The translations under genes and the position numbers were made by a program. A DNA stretch of 64,000 nt from NCBI GenBank assembly GCA_003599025.1, contig QZIL01000043.1, positions 2,630-66,629 of the forward strand, read 5' to 3'. This document shows positions 54,648 through 63,895 of this stretch, piece by piece. Numbering within the stretch: position 1 is the stretch's first letter; the number at the start of each line of letters is the position of its first letter. Source of the DNA: Nitrospiraceae bacterium (GTDB taxonomy: Bacteria; Nitrospirota; Thermodesulfovibrionia; UBA6902). Under the pieces are notes generated by a model, which was given only the letters and a program-made list of their open reading frames with translations, made no database searches and was not told where the DNA came from.

Positions 54648-56537
54648 ATGATCCTCGAAGAAGCGATAAGCTTTCTACAGAAGAACCCCCCTTATCAGTT
54701 CCTTGACGGCCCTGTACTGAAAGAAATAGCACACAGTCTGTCGATGGAGTTCTATCCGAAAGATACTGTTATCCTGAAACAGGACGGGCCGCCGAGCGAC
54801 GCAGTCCGCATCATTAAGAAGGGCAGCGTGAAGATACTTGTCCGGGCTGAAGGCGGGATGGATTCGGTCATGGATTTCAGGGGGGAAGGAGACAGCTTCG
54901 GTTTTGTCTCAATGGTGGCGAAGGACCGGCAGAAGACCACTGTTGTTGCTGCAGATGATACGATCTGTTATATCCTTGAGAGAGATAAAATCCTTAAGCT
55001 TATCGAGACCGCCCCTGTCATTGCAGAGTACTTCATGTCCCACCTGACGCGGTACGTTGACAGGACATTTGAGGAGATGAAAGGACGAAGCCTCGCATAC
55101 AGCGGCACCGACCGGCTGCTTTTCACAACTCCTTCCGGAGACATCGCCAAAGAGGTGATAACCGTGCCGGAGGAAACAACACTTCAGGAGGCTGCAAAGG
55201 TCATGGCAGGTCACAGGATCAGCTCACTTATTGTAGTAAACAGGAACCATGTACCTGCAGGCATTATAACGGACCGGGACCTGCGGAGGGTCGTTGCAAA
55301 CGCCCGCAATGTGGCTGACCCGGTAAAAGACATCATGAGCATCTCTCTCATCAGGGTCGATGCGAGTGATTCGTGTTTTGAGGCGGTCCTGAAGATGATA
55401 AAATACAACATCCACCACATGATAGTCATTAAAGAGGGGGAGCTTAAAGGGATAATCACCAATCATGACCTGATGCTCCTGCAGGGCACATCGCCACTGT
55501 CATTTGTAAATGATATCGAGAAACAGCAGACCATTGAAGACCTTGTCCCCGTCACATCAAAGATGAATACAATAATAGGTCTTCTTCTGCAGGAAAGCAC
55601 TAAAGCCGGCAGTATTACCGGAATTATTACAGAGATAAACGACAGGCTTCTGAAAAAGGTGATCGAAATTGCAGAGAGGAAATTCGGCCCGCCTCCAGTG
55701 CCTTACTGTTTTATCGTGTACGGCAGTGAAGGCAGAAGGGAGCAGACGTTCAGGACGGACCAGGACAACGCGATCATTTATGCTGACACATCAGCCGAGG
55801 GTGAGGAAGAGGCGGAGAAGTATTTTTCGGTGCTTTCTGCTTTCATAAAGAACAGTCTTGTTCAAATAGGGTTTTCTTCATGCAAGGCAGATTACATGGC
55901 CAGCAATCCGAAATGGCGCAAGGCCCTGAAGCAATGGAAGGATTACTTTGATAACTGGATCACACAACCCACCCCGGAAGCGGTCCTCAAGTCTCTTATA
56001 TTTTTTGACATGAGGCCTGTACACGGCAAATTCAGTTTGTGTGAAGAACTCCGCAGTTTCTATACACCACTGATCGTAAAAAACAAAATATTTCTCGCTA
56101 ACATGGCGAGTATAATTGTAAAGAACACTCCTCCGATAGGTTTCCTTAAATCATTTGTAGTGGAAAAAAGCGGTGAACATAAAAACGAGTTCGATCTGAA
56201 GCTTAAGGGTATTATGCCCCTTAACGATATAATACGCCTGTTCGCGCTTGAAAACGGGATGAGACTGACCTCCACCCTTGACAGGATAGGGGCGTTGAAG
56301 ACCGGACAGTCTGCAGTCAGGGAATATCACAACGAAATTGTCCACGTCTTTGAATTTATCATGATGCTGAGGATGCATTATCAGTTTGAACAGATAAAGG
56401 AAGGGCATAGCCCGGACAATTTCATAAACCCGGACAAACTGAGCAATCTTGAGAAGAAGACACTCAGGGAGGCGTTCCATCTGATATCGAGACTCCAGGG
56501 GATAGTTGTTGAGATGTACAAGCCTTTGATTGTATGA
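54648..56537 (+). CDS. cNMP-binding + tandem CBS + DUF294 nucleotidyltransferase + DUF294_C protein (paralogue 1)
   Basis: 629 aa. The cNMP-like motif is FRGEGDSFG. CBS pair markers are ISSLIVV and HHMIVI. The Pol-beta NTase motif is YGSEGRREQTFRTDQDNAIIY. The C-terminal substrate-binding-like domain is helical. Confidence 0.88.
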   Translation: MILEEAISFLQKNPPYQFLDGPVLKEIAHSLSMEFYPKDTVILKQDGPPSDAVRIIKKGSVKILVRAEGGMDSVMDFRGEGDSFGFVSMVAKDRQKTTVVAADDTICYILERDKILKLIETAPVIAEYFMSHLTRYVDRTFEEMKGRSLAYSGTDRLLFTTPSGDIAKEVITVPEETTLQEAAKVMAGHRISSLIVVNRNHVPAGIITDRDLRRVVANARNVADPVKDIMSISLIRVDASDSCFEAVLKMIKYNIHHMIVIKEGELKGIITNHDLMLLQGTSPLSFVNDIEKQQTIEDLVPVTSKMNTIIGLLLQESTKAGSITGIITEINDRLLKKVIEIAERKFGPPPVPYCFIVYGSEGRREQTFRTDQDNAIIYADTSAEGEEEAEKYFSVLSAFIKNSLVQIGFSSCKADYMASNPKWRKALKQWKDYFDNWITQPTPEAVLKSLIFFDMRPVHGKFSLCEELRSFYTPLIVKNKIFLANMASIIVKNTPPIGFLKSFVVEKSGEHKNEFDLKLKGIMPLNDIIRLFALENGMRLTSTLDRIGALKTGQSAVREYHNEIVHVFEFIMMLRMHYQFEQIKEGHSPDNFINPDKLSNLEKKTLREAFHLISRLQGIVVEMYKPLIV

Positions 56538-56550
56538 TGACAGTACAAAA

Positions 56551-56636
56551 GTACGGAAGCGCGGAAGTGCAGAAGACGGGAAGTCCATCATTTTCACTTT
56601 CCCGCTTACGATCTTCCCCGCTTACCATCTTTTTTT
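56551..56636 (+). terminator. Periodic-arm hairpin (8-mer arrays) followed by a T-run; probable terminator
   Basis: The left arm is GTACGGAA GCGCGGAA GTGCAGAA GACGGGAA. An 11-nt centre follows, then ACTTTCCCGCTTACGATCTTCCCCGCTTACC, then TTTTTTT. Confidence 0.55.
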
Positions 56637-56669
56637 GGCAGTATACGTATAATAATACGGAACCAATAG

Positions 56670-58019
56670 ATGGCTGAACGAATACTCATAGTTGAAGACG
56701 AAGGTACCCTCAGAGAATCACTGAAACGGGTGCTCTCTCAGGAGAGCTATGCTGTTGATACCGTTAACAGTGCCGAGTCCGCCCTCCAGAGCATTGAAGA
56801 CGGCACGTATGATCTCATAATTACCGACATAATACTTCCGGGGATAGACGGTATAGAACTCGTGAGGAGGGTAAGGGAAAAGAACCTCGAACAGGCTGTC
56901 ATCGTAATAACTGCATACGCGTCACTGGAAACGGCTGTTGGCGCCCTCAGGGCAGGGGCATACGATTATGTGGTAAAACCGATCATCCATGAAGAGTTGA
57001 AGCGGACCATAAAAAATGCTTTGAGGGAAAAGGCGCTCAAGGCTGAAAACCTTATACTGAAAAAGCAGATCGAGAACAGATATGATTTCGGAAAGATAGT
57101 CGGGTTGAGCAAAGTCATAACTTCGCTGATAGATGAGATCAAAAAGATCGCTGACTCAAAGAGTAATGTCCTCCTGCTTGGCGAAACAGGAACAGGGAAA
57201 GAGCTGTTTGCAAGGGCAATTCATTACAACAGTTCGAGGCGGGAAAAACCGTTTATCCCCATAAACTGCAGCGCAATCCCGGAAAACCTCCTTGAGTCCG
57301 AACTGTTCGGGTATACAAAAGGCGCCTTCACCGGAGCGGTAACGTCAAAGAGGGGACTATTCGAGGAGGCTGACGGGGGAACGGTCTTCCTTGATGAAAT
57401 TGCAGACATGTCCCTCGCCCTTCAGGCAAAGCTGCTGCGCGTAATAGATGACCTGGAGATCCGTCCGCTCGGAGGCGTCCAGAGCAGAAAGATCGACGTA
57501 CGTTTCATAACCGCGACAAACAGGGAACCGATGAGGGCTGTAAGGGAAGGCGCCTTCAGGGAAGACCTTTACTACAGGATAAATGTTGTGACTCTCAAGC
57601 TCCCTCCCCTGCGGGAACGGAAGGAAGATATCCTGGTCCTTGCAAAACACTTCCTTAATAAATATTCGAACGAACTCGGCAAGCACGTCAGGTCAATCGA
57701 TGATATAGCGCAGACACTTCTGATGAATTACTCGTGGCATGGGAATGTTCGTGAACTCCAGAATATCATGGAACGGGCGGTGCTCGTAACCGACCGTGAT
57801 ACAATATTGCCTGAACACCTCCCTGATACACTTCAGGCAATCGACGACTTCCCCTGTGAAGCACTCGATAAGGTCCTCTCGATAGAGAGATATACCAAGG
57901 AATTTATCCTGCGGTATCAGTCAAAGCATGGTGAAAATGCATTGGCAGAAATGCTCGGAATAACAAGAAAGTCACTGTGGGAAAAGAGAAAGAAATGGGG
58001 CCTCGCAAGAGGCAAATAA
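56670..58019 (+). CDS. Sigma54-dependent response regulator, NtrC family (CbrB/CrbR-like), intact
   Basis: 449 aa. It has a REC domain. The AAA+ domain has GETGTGKE, ESELFGYTKGAFTGA, VFLDEI and R-fingers. The C-terminal Fis-type HTH is LAEMLGITRKSLWEKRKKWGL. Confidence 0.95.
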   Translation: MAERILIVEDEGTLRESLKRVLSQESYAVDTVNSAESALQSIEDGTYDLIITDIILPGIDGIELVRRVREKNLEQAVIVITAYASLETAVGALRAGAYDYVVKPIIHEELKRTIKNALREKALKAENLILKKQIENRYDFGKIVGLSKVITSLIDEIKKIADSKSNVLLLGETGTGKELFARAIHYNSSRREKPFIPINCSAIPENLLESELFGYTKGAFTGAVTSKRGLFEEADGGTVFLDEIADMSLALQAKLLRVIDDLEIRPLGGVQSRKIDVRFITATNREPMRAVREGAFREDLYYRINVVTLKLPPLRERKEDILVLAKHFLNKYSNELGKHVRSIDDIAQTLLMNYSWHGNVRELQNIMERAVLVTDRDTILPEHLPDTLQAIDDFPCEALDKVLSIERYTKEFILRYQSKHGENALAEMLGITRKSLWEKRKKWGLARGK

Positions 58020-58068
58020 TGTTACATTTTTTCACATGTTCCAATTGTGATTATTACAAAAAGTAACA
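58020..58068. promoter_or_regulatory. Inverted TGTTAC ... GTAACA half-sites (candidate enhancer/UAS); a third TGTAACA lies at 58130-58136
   Basis: TGTTAC (58020-58025) and GTAACA (58063-58068) are separated by 37 nt. They lie about 170-215 nt upstream of the -24/-12 promoter. The extended flanks aTGTTACAtttttt / aaaaaGTAACAt are also mutually complementary. Confidence 0.4.
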
Positions 58069-58234
58069 TGGCCTAACCTCTTGATTTTCAATGTTTCTTC
58101 CCGATTCCGGCCTTAATATCGATACTATATGTAACATCAAGAAATATCTGGCCAGCCTCAATCAGCAACACAGACTCCAGCCCTGACCTAATTATATCAT
58201 TATTTCTAACTAGTTAGACTAATTACCTCACCAC

Positions 58235-58250
58235 GGGCACATGCTTTGCG
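58235..58250 (+). promoter_or_regulatory. Sigma54 (-24/-12) promoter
   Basis: GGGCACatgctTTGCG has GG and GC separated by exactly 10 nt, matching TGGCAC-N5-TTGCW at all core positions. It lies ~60 nt upstream of the ATG at 58308. Confidence 0.8.
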
Positions 58251-58307
58251 ATATCCAGTTTATCTATATAAATATTTTCCCCTTTAACTATATAAAAGAA
58301 ATAAAGC

Positions 58308-60215
58308 ATGACTGTAAAAGAGGTAAAAGATTTCCTCAGTAGCATCCAGCCATTTCAGGAGCTGGATGATGCTGCGCTGGGCAATATTGCAGGCGGGGTC
58401 ATTGTCGAGTTTTATCCCAAAGACACCCTCATATTGCAGCAGGACGGTCCACCGAGCGATTTTCTCAGGATAATAAAAAAAGGCGGGGTCAAGGTATTCA
58501 TCAAGCCGGATATAAATGAGGAAGTCATCATCGATTACAGGAGCGAGGGCGATTCCTTCGGTCTGCTCTCACTTATCCGGGGTGACAAATCCCGGGCAAA
58601 TGTCACTGCAGTGGAAGACACTATCTGCTATCTTGTGACTAAAGAAACCATCCAACTGCTTCTGGACAGCAACGCTGCCTTCTCCGAGTATTTTCTCAAG
58701 TCCTTTCTCAACAAATATATAGACAAGACCTTCAGTGAAATGCACAGCAAAAGCCTGTTGTACGGCGGAGGGGACAAGCTGCTCTTCACAACTCCGGTCG
58801 GAGAGCTTGCATCCAGGACTGCAGTGACTGTGCCGCAGGAGGTATCAATAAAAGATGCTGCTGAGGTGATGTCAAAGAGGAAGATAAGCTCGCTTGTCCT
58901 TGTAGACCAGGACAACCTGCCCGCTGGAATTGTTACTGACAGGGACCTGCGTGACAAAGTCGTTTCAAAAGGCCGCAATGTTGCTGATCCAATCAGCAGC
59001 ATAATGAGCGTACCTCTTATGACAACAGAGGCGAGGGACTATTGCTTTGAGGCACTTCTCAAAATGATCCGCCACAACATTCATCACCTGCTTGTTGTGG
59101 ATGAGGGGAAATTAAAAGGCATCCTTACAAACCACGACTTGATGATGCTGCAGGGCACCTCCCCTATCTCGATAGTACGGGACATAGAGACCAGACAGAG
59201 CGTGGAAGACCTGGTGCCTGTCTCAAAAAAGATAAACAGGATAGTACACCTTCTGCTCAAAGAAGGCGCACGGGCAGGCAACATTACAAGAATAATATCC
59301 GAGATCAATGACCGTCTCCTCAGAAAGGTACTTGAGATAGCAGAAAGAAAGTTCGGGGAACCGCCGGTCAATTACTGTTTTATTGTGTTCGGCAGCGAGG
59401 GCAGAAAAGAGCAGACATTCAAGACCGACCAGGACAATGCCATAATCTATGAAGACCCGAAATCAGCTGCAGAAGGAATAAAGGCAGAGGAATATTTTGA
59501 GGGCTTTTCTGCATTTGTAAAAGAGGCGCTGGTTCTGTGCGGCTTTCCAAACTGCCCGGCAGGGTATATGGCGAGCAATCCAAAATGGCGTCAGCCATTA
59601 ATAATATGGAAAGACTATTTCGCAAAATGGATCCACACCCCGACACCTGATTCTCTACTGCTTTCACTGATATTTTTTGACTTTCGCCCTGTACACGGAG
59701 ACATCAGTCTCTCTGAAAAATTAAGGTCACACCTTAAGAAGACCATGAAAGACCAGAACATCTTCTTTGCCCGTATGGCAGGCACGATCATGAACAACCG
59801 GCCACCTCTCGGGTTCTTCAAGTCCTTTATAGTTGAAAAAAGCGGGGAGCATAAAGACGAGCTCAACCTGAAATTCAGGGGCATCGGCCCAATAGTTGAT
59901 ATTGCAAGACTGTTTGCCCTTGAAAAAGGCCTTTCCGAGACCTCAACAATCGACAGGCTGCGCGCACTTAAGGACAAGCACCCGATAATCATGGAACTCG
60001 GAGAAGAAATAGAGCAGGCATTCGAGTTCATCAGCCTCCTCAGGGTCCATCACCAGATAGGACTGATGGAGAGGTCACTTGAACCTGACAATTTTATTAA
60101 CCCGAACAACCTCAGCGGTCTTGAGAAAAAGTCCCTCAAGGAATCCTTCCAGCTGGTCCTGAATATTCAGGAGGCGATCTCTGAGCTGTACAGACCGGGA
60201 ATGGTGAGTATGTAA
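58308..60215 (+). CDS. cNMP-binding + tandem CBS + DUF294 nucleotidyltransferase + DUF294_C protein (paralogue 2)
   Basis: 635 aa, colinear with paralogue 1. The NTase motif is FGSEGRKEQTFKTDQDNAIIY. Confidence 0.88.
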   Translation: MTVKEVKDFLSSIQPFQELDDAALGNIAGGVIVEFYPKDTLILQQDGPPSDFLRIIKKGGVKVFIKPDINEEVIIDYRSEGDSFGLLSLIRGDKSRANVTAVEDTICYLVTKETIQLLLDSNAAFSEYFLKSFLNKYIDKTFSEMHSKSLLYGGGDKLLFTTPVGELASRTAVTVPQEVSIKDAAEVMSKRKISSLVLVDQDNLPAGIVTDRDLRDKVVSKGRNVADPISSIMSVPLMTTEARDYCFEALLKMIRHNIHHLLVVDEGKLKGILTNHDLMMLQGTSPISIVRDIETRQSVEDLVPVSKKINRIVHLLLKEGARAGNITRIISEINDRLLRKVLEIAERKFGEPPVNYCFIVFGSEGRKEQTFKTDQDNAIIYEDPKSAAEGIKAEEYFEGFSAFVKEALVLCGFPNCPAGYMASNPKWRQPLIIWKDYFAKWIHTPTPDSLLLSLIFFDFRPVHGDISLSEKLRSHLKKTMKDQNIFFARMAGTIMNNRPPLGFFKSFIVEKSGEHKDELNLKFRGIGPIVDIARLFALEKGLSETSTIDRLRALKDKHPIIMELGEEIEQAFEFISLLRVHHQIGLMERSLEPDNFINPNNLSGLEKKSLKESFQLVLNIQEAISELYRPGMVSM

Positions 60216-60216
60216 T

Positions 60217-60864
60217 ATGCGGACAACGTTCTTCTCAAAAAAAACTGAATCAGCGTCACTGCTGCTTGGTGACGCCGTGTATACCGTGCTCGATACAGAG
60301 CTCACAGGACTTGACATGAAAAAGGACTCCATAGTCTCAATAGGCGCGGTCAGGATGAAAGGCACAAGGATTGATATAGGGAATTCATTCTATCGCCTGA
60401 TACATCCGGCGGGCAGAATGGACCATAAAAACATCCTCATACACGGGATCACTCCGTCAGAGGTTGAGGAAGAGCCGGTTGTGGACGCTGTCCTTGATGA
60501 CCTGTCGGCATTTTGCGGGAACAGCGTTATAGTCGGGCACTTTGTTTCACTTGACATAAATTTCATCAACAGGGAATTAAAGCGGACCGGCAGGGCAAAA
60601 CTGAAGAACGCTGCTGTAGACACCTGCAAAATCTATGAATGGATCAAGTCAAGTGAAGGAGCATTCAGCAGACATTATTCCGCAAGGCAGGACGAACTCG
60701 ACCTGTTCTCCCTTGCGAGGGAATATAACATTACATTCAATGAGGGGCATAATGCCCTTGGCGACGCGTTCATTACGGCACAGCTCTTTCAGAGGTTTTT
60801 GTATGCACTGCCCGGACTGGGAGTAAACAGCATACGTGACCTCCTGAAAACAGGGAAGGCATGA
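60217..60864 (+). CDS. DEDDh 3'-5' exonuclease (DnaQ/epsilon-like, stand-alone)
   Basis: 215 aa. Exo I is VLDTELTGL, Exo II is VGHFVSLDINFI and Exo III is HNALGDAFITAQLF. The start lies 1 nt after the upstream stop. Confidence 0.88.
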   Translation: MRTTFFSKKTESASLLLGDAVYTVLDTELTGLDMKKDSIVSIGAVRMKGTRIDIGNSFYRLIHPAGRMDHKNILIHGITPSEVEEEPVVDAVLDDLSAFCGNSVIVGHFVSLDINFINRELKRTGRAKLKNAAVDTCKIYEWIKSSEGAFSRHYSARQDELDLFSLAREYNITFNEGHNALGDAFITAQLFQRFLYALPGLGVNSIRDLLKTGKA

Positions 60865-60914
60865 AGACGCTGTTATTAATTCAGAAAGAAGGAGGTGATA
60901 AGGGGGGACTCGGG

Positions 60915-60953
60915 ATTTAAGAGTTAAGAGTTAAGATTTAAGAGTTAAGATTC
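60915..60953. repeat. 7-mer array (AGTTAAG family)
   Basis: ATTTAAG AGTTAAG AGTTAAG ATTTAAG AGTTAAG is the reverse complement of the CTTAACT-type array embedded in murD (28204-28234). Confidence 0.65.
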
Positions 60954-60980
60954 AAAATCTGAAAGGAGGACAACTGGTTT

Positions 60981-61244
60981 ATGGACAAATTAAAGCTTGA
61001 AGCATACTGGAATGAAAACAAGAAGCTGACGTGGATAACCATGATCATCTGGTTCGTTGTCTCGTATGTCGCGGCATTTTTTGCCGCTGAATTAAACAGC
61101 ATTACGATCCTCGGGTTCCCTCTGGGATACTACATGGGGGCGCAGGGCTCCCTCATCGTGTTTGTGGTTCTCATTTTCAACTATGCGGCAAAGATGAACA
61201 AACTGGACAGGAAATACGATGTCGAAGAGGAGGAGGAAAAATAA
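60981..61244 (+). CDS. DUF4212 small membrane protein (putative solute:sodium symporter small subunit)
   Basis: 87 aa with two TM helices. The motif is GFPLGYYMGAQGSLIVFVVLIFNYAAKMNKLD. Its stop is immediately followed by the symporter ATG. Confidence 0.85.
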   Translation: MDKLKLEAYWNENKKLTWITMIIWFVVSYVAAFFAAELNSITILGFPLGYYMGAQGSLIVFVVLIFNYAAKMNKLDRKYDVEEEEEK

Positions 61245-63251
61245 ATGGCAAAGGAAAAATCTGCATTTCTGGATAACCTTGGCAGGATATATGCCATGTA
61301 TACGGTGGTATTCATTGTCTTTGTTCTCGCCCTCGCTGTGGCCGAACAGATGGGTCTTTCTTCAAAGATCATCGGATGGACCTTCATGGGCGTTACAATC
61401 GCACTCTATGCTGCCATAGGTATCATGAGCAGGACAGCAAAGGTCTCGGAGTATTATGTCGCCGGAAGAAGTGTTCCGGCTTTCTTTAATGGCATGGCAA
61501 CCGGCTCTGACTGGATGTCGGCAGCTTCATTCATCAGTATGGCAGGCGCCCTGTACGGGAACGGGTACGACGGCCTCGCATACATCATGGGCTGGACCGG
61601 TGGCTACGTGCTGCTCGCAGTCTTCCTTGCCCCTTACCTGAGGAAATTCGGGCAGTACACAATACCTGACTTTCTGGGCGCACGCTACGGTGGAAACGCC
61701 GCGCGTTCAATCGGCATCTTCGCCGCAATCCTTGCATCAACAACGTATCTCATTGCACAGGTCACAGGCGTCGGCATCATTACGAGCCGCTTCCTCGGCA
61801 TACCTTTTAACGTCGGAGTATTCGTCGGTCTCGGCGGTATTCTCGTCTGCTCGATGCTTGGAGGCATGAGGGCCGTCACATGGACACAGGTCGCGCAGTA
61901 CATCATCCTGATCCTCGCATACCTTACCCCGGTCACGGTTATGTCCTTCAAGGCCACAGGGAACCCCGTTCCTGAAATCGCCTATGGACAGATCCTCCAG
62001 AAGATAAACCATCGGGAGGCCCAGCTTATTGCGGACCCGAAGGAGCAGGAGGTCAAGGACATCTGGAAGCAAAAGGCCGCTGACATTGACGCAGATATCA
62101 ATGCACTGCCAGGGAGCCTCGAGGCGAAAAGGCAGGGCCTGAATGACAAACTCGCTGCCTTGCCTGCAGACTCCCCGGCAGCAGACAGGGAGCAAATCGA
62201 GAAGGACATCGCCGCTTTACCAAAAACAGATGCAGAGGCAAAGGAGGCATGGACCAAGTCAAAAGCAGCAGCAGCCAAGGCAGGCGGCCCGCTTAAGATT
62301 TATACAACCCCTTTCACGAATATGGACAAGGCCAATATGCTCGCCCTCACCTTCTGTCTAATGGTAGGAACTGCGGGTCTGCCGCACATTCTCATGCGAT
62401 ACTATACCGTCCCTTCGGTCAAGGCGGCCCGGTCTTCAGTGGGCTGGTCGCTATTTTTCATTTTCCTGCTCTACTTCACAGCACCGGCATACGCGGCATT
62501 TGCACGGCACGAGATCATCACTAACGTTGTCGGACAGTCATTTGCAACACTGCCTGCATGGGTCGCTGCATGGGGCAAGGTAGGTCTGTTCACAGTCAAA
62601 GACCTGAATGCCGACGGCATCCTCCAGTTCGCTGAGATCACACTGAATACAGATGTCATCGTGCTTGCGACACCTGAAATCGCGGGCCTTCCTTATGTCA
62701 TAGCAGGCCTTGTGGCGGCAGGCGGTCTTGCTGCAGCGCTTTCAACAGCAGACGGGCTGCTTCTCACCATCTCAAACTCACTCTCTCACGACCTGTACTA
62801 CAAGATGATCAACCCGAAGGCATCCATTACAACCAGACTGACTATCTCAAGGGTGCTGCTTGTTGTAACAGCCGTACTTGCCGCCTGGATAGCCACCTAC
62901 AAGATCACGATCATTGTCGAACTTGTGGCGTGGGCCTTCTCGCTCGCGGCAGCAGCGTTCTTCCCTGCACTTGTCATGGGCATCTGGTCAAAAAAGACCA
63001 CAAAACAGGCCGCTGTCACCGGAATGGTACTCGGTCTTGCAGTCACCCTGTATTACATGATAGGTAACAGGTTCTATGGTGTTAACTGGTTCGGGATCAA
63101 GCACATCTCATCCGGTATCTTCGGACTGCCGGTTGGTTTCTTAACAATGTGGCTTGTCTCAAAATTCACTCCTGCACCTTCAGAGGAACTGCAGGAATTT
63201 GTTGAAGGCGTAAGATACCCGAGAGGATCGGGAACAGCATCAGACGAGTAA
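61245..63251 (+). CDS. Sodium:solute symporter, VC_2705/ActP-like large subunit
   Basis: 668-aa polytopic SSS-family protein (YYVAGRSVPAFFNGMATGSDWMSAASF, GGMRAVTWTQVAQ). It has a ~100-aa hydrophilic Ala/Lys/Asp-rich insertion mid-protein. Confidence 0.9.
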   Translation: MAKEKSAFLDNLGRIYAMYTVVFIVFVLALAVAEQMGLSSKIIGWTFMGVTIALYAAIGIMSRTAKVSEYYVAGRSVPAFFNGMATGSDWMSAASFISMAGALYGNGYDGLAYIMGWTGGYVLLAVFLAPYLRKFGQYTIPDFLGARYGGNAARSIGIFAAILASTTYLIAQVTGVGIITSRFLGIPFNVGVFVGLGGILVCSMLGGMRAVTWTQVAQYIILILAYLTPVTVMSFKATGNPVPEIAYGQILQKINHREAQLIADPKEQEVKDIWKQKAADIDADINALPGSLEAKRQGLNDKLAALPADSPAADREQIEKDIAALPKTDAEAKEAWTKSKAAAAKAGGPLKIYTTPFTNMDKANMLALTFCLMVGTAGLPHILMRYYTVPSVKAARSSVGWSLFFIFLLYFTAPAYAAFARHEIITNVVGQSFATLPAWVAAWGKVGLFTVKDLNADGILQFAEITLNTDVIVLATPEIAGLPYVIAGLVAAGGLAAALSTADGLLLTISNSLSHDLYYKMINPKASITTRLTISRVLLVVTAVLAAWIATYKITIIVELVAWAFSLAAAAFFPALVMGIWSKKTTKQAAVTGMVLGLAVTLYYMIGNRFYGVNWFGIKHISSGIFGLPVGFLTMWLVSKFTPAPSEELQEFVEGVRYPRGSGTASDE

Positions 63252-63259
63252 AATCTTCA

Positions 63260-63288
63260 GGGGGGACGTATACGTCCCCCCTTTTTTT
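63260..63288 (+). terminator. Rho-independent terminator
   Basis: GGGGGGACG-TATA-CGTCCCCCC is a perfect 9-bp stem followed by TTTTTTT. Confidence 0.9.
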
Positions 63289-63371
63289 ATTTAATGTAAA
63301 GAAGATAACTGCCGTATTATAATTGACAGAGCCACGGGCCACTAAGAACTACGTAACAATGCCACATTTCT

Positions 63372-63397
63372 GGATCCCGGACTTGCCCCGGGATGAC
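63372..63397. repeat. Single-hairpin unit of the GTCATTCC family (copy E)
   Basis: GGATCCCGGacttgcCCCGGGATGAC corresponds to the right-hand half of the compound repeats. Confidence 0.5.
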
Positions 63398-63492
63398 GAC
63401 CATGAGGCTTTTTTACGTTATGTCTTGGCAATTAAAATAAGTCGCTTTTTTAATGTTTTCACAATTGATGATTCATGCTATATTAATCAGAA

Positions 63493-63795
63493 ATGTTAGT
63501 AATTAAATTTGTTAAATATACGCTAGCTTTTTTCAGCTGGATGATAATCGGCAGGGTACTGTTGACTCTGCTGGTAGGGTCACGCAGGAACTTAATGGTT
63601 GATTTTTTTGTACGTTTTACAGAGCCGTTTTATATTATTACCGGTAAATTCCTTCCCTTCACACAGGTATCACCTGAAAGGGAAGGGACTGTCTGGGCAA
63701 GAATCGGCGGCATGAAACCTTTCTTTGCGCTGATTCTGATTCAGGTTTTGTGGCTGGTCATTTATGCCCTTGTTAAAAAGACGGGGGCATTTTAG
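63493..63795 (+). CDS. Small membrane protein, possibly YggT-like
   Basis: 100 aa with two hydrophobic helices. FSWMIIGRVLLTLL is reminiscent of the YggT motif. The assignment is weak. Confidence 0.4.
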   Translation: MLVIKFVKYTLAFFSWMIIGRVLLTLLVGSRRNLMVDFFVRFTEPFYIITGKFLPFTQVSPEREGTVWARIGGMKPFFALILIQVLWLVIYALVKKTGAF

Positions 63796-63895
63796 AAAAT
63801 AAGACATACCATCGTGTAGAATTAACATGTAATATACCGGCTTGATCAGGAACATGCAAGTTTGGCTGTTCCACGCCGGAAAAAAAGGAGGTTGC

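Noticed and set aside
63862-63877. TTGGCTGTTCCACGCC as a sigma54 promoter for acs
   Set aside because: The GG-to-GC spacing is 9 nt, and the site would lie only ~20 nt from the ATG, overlapping the RBS region.
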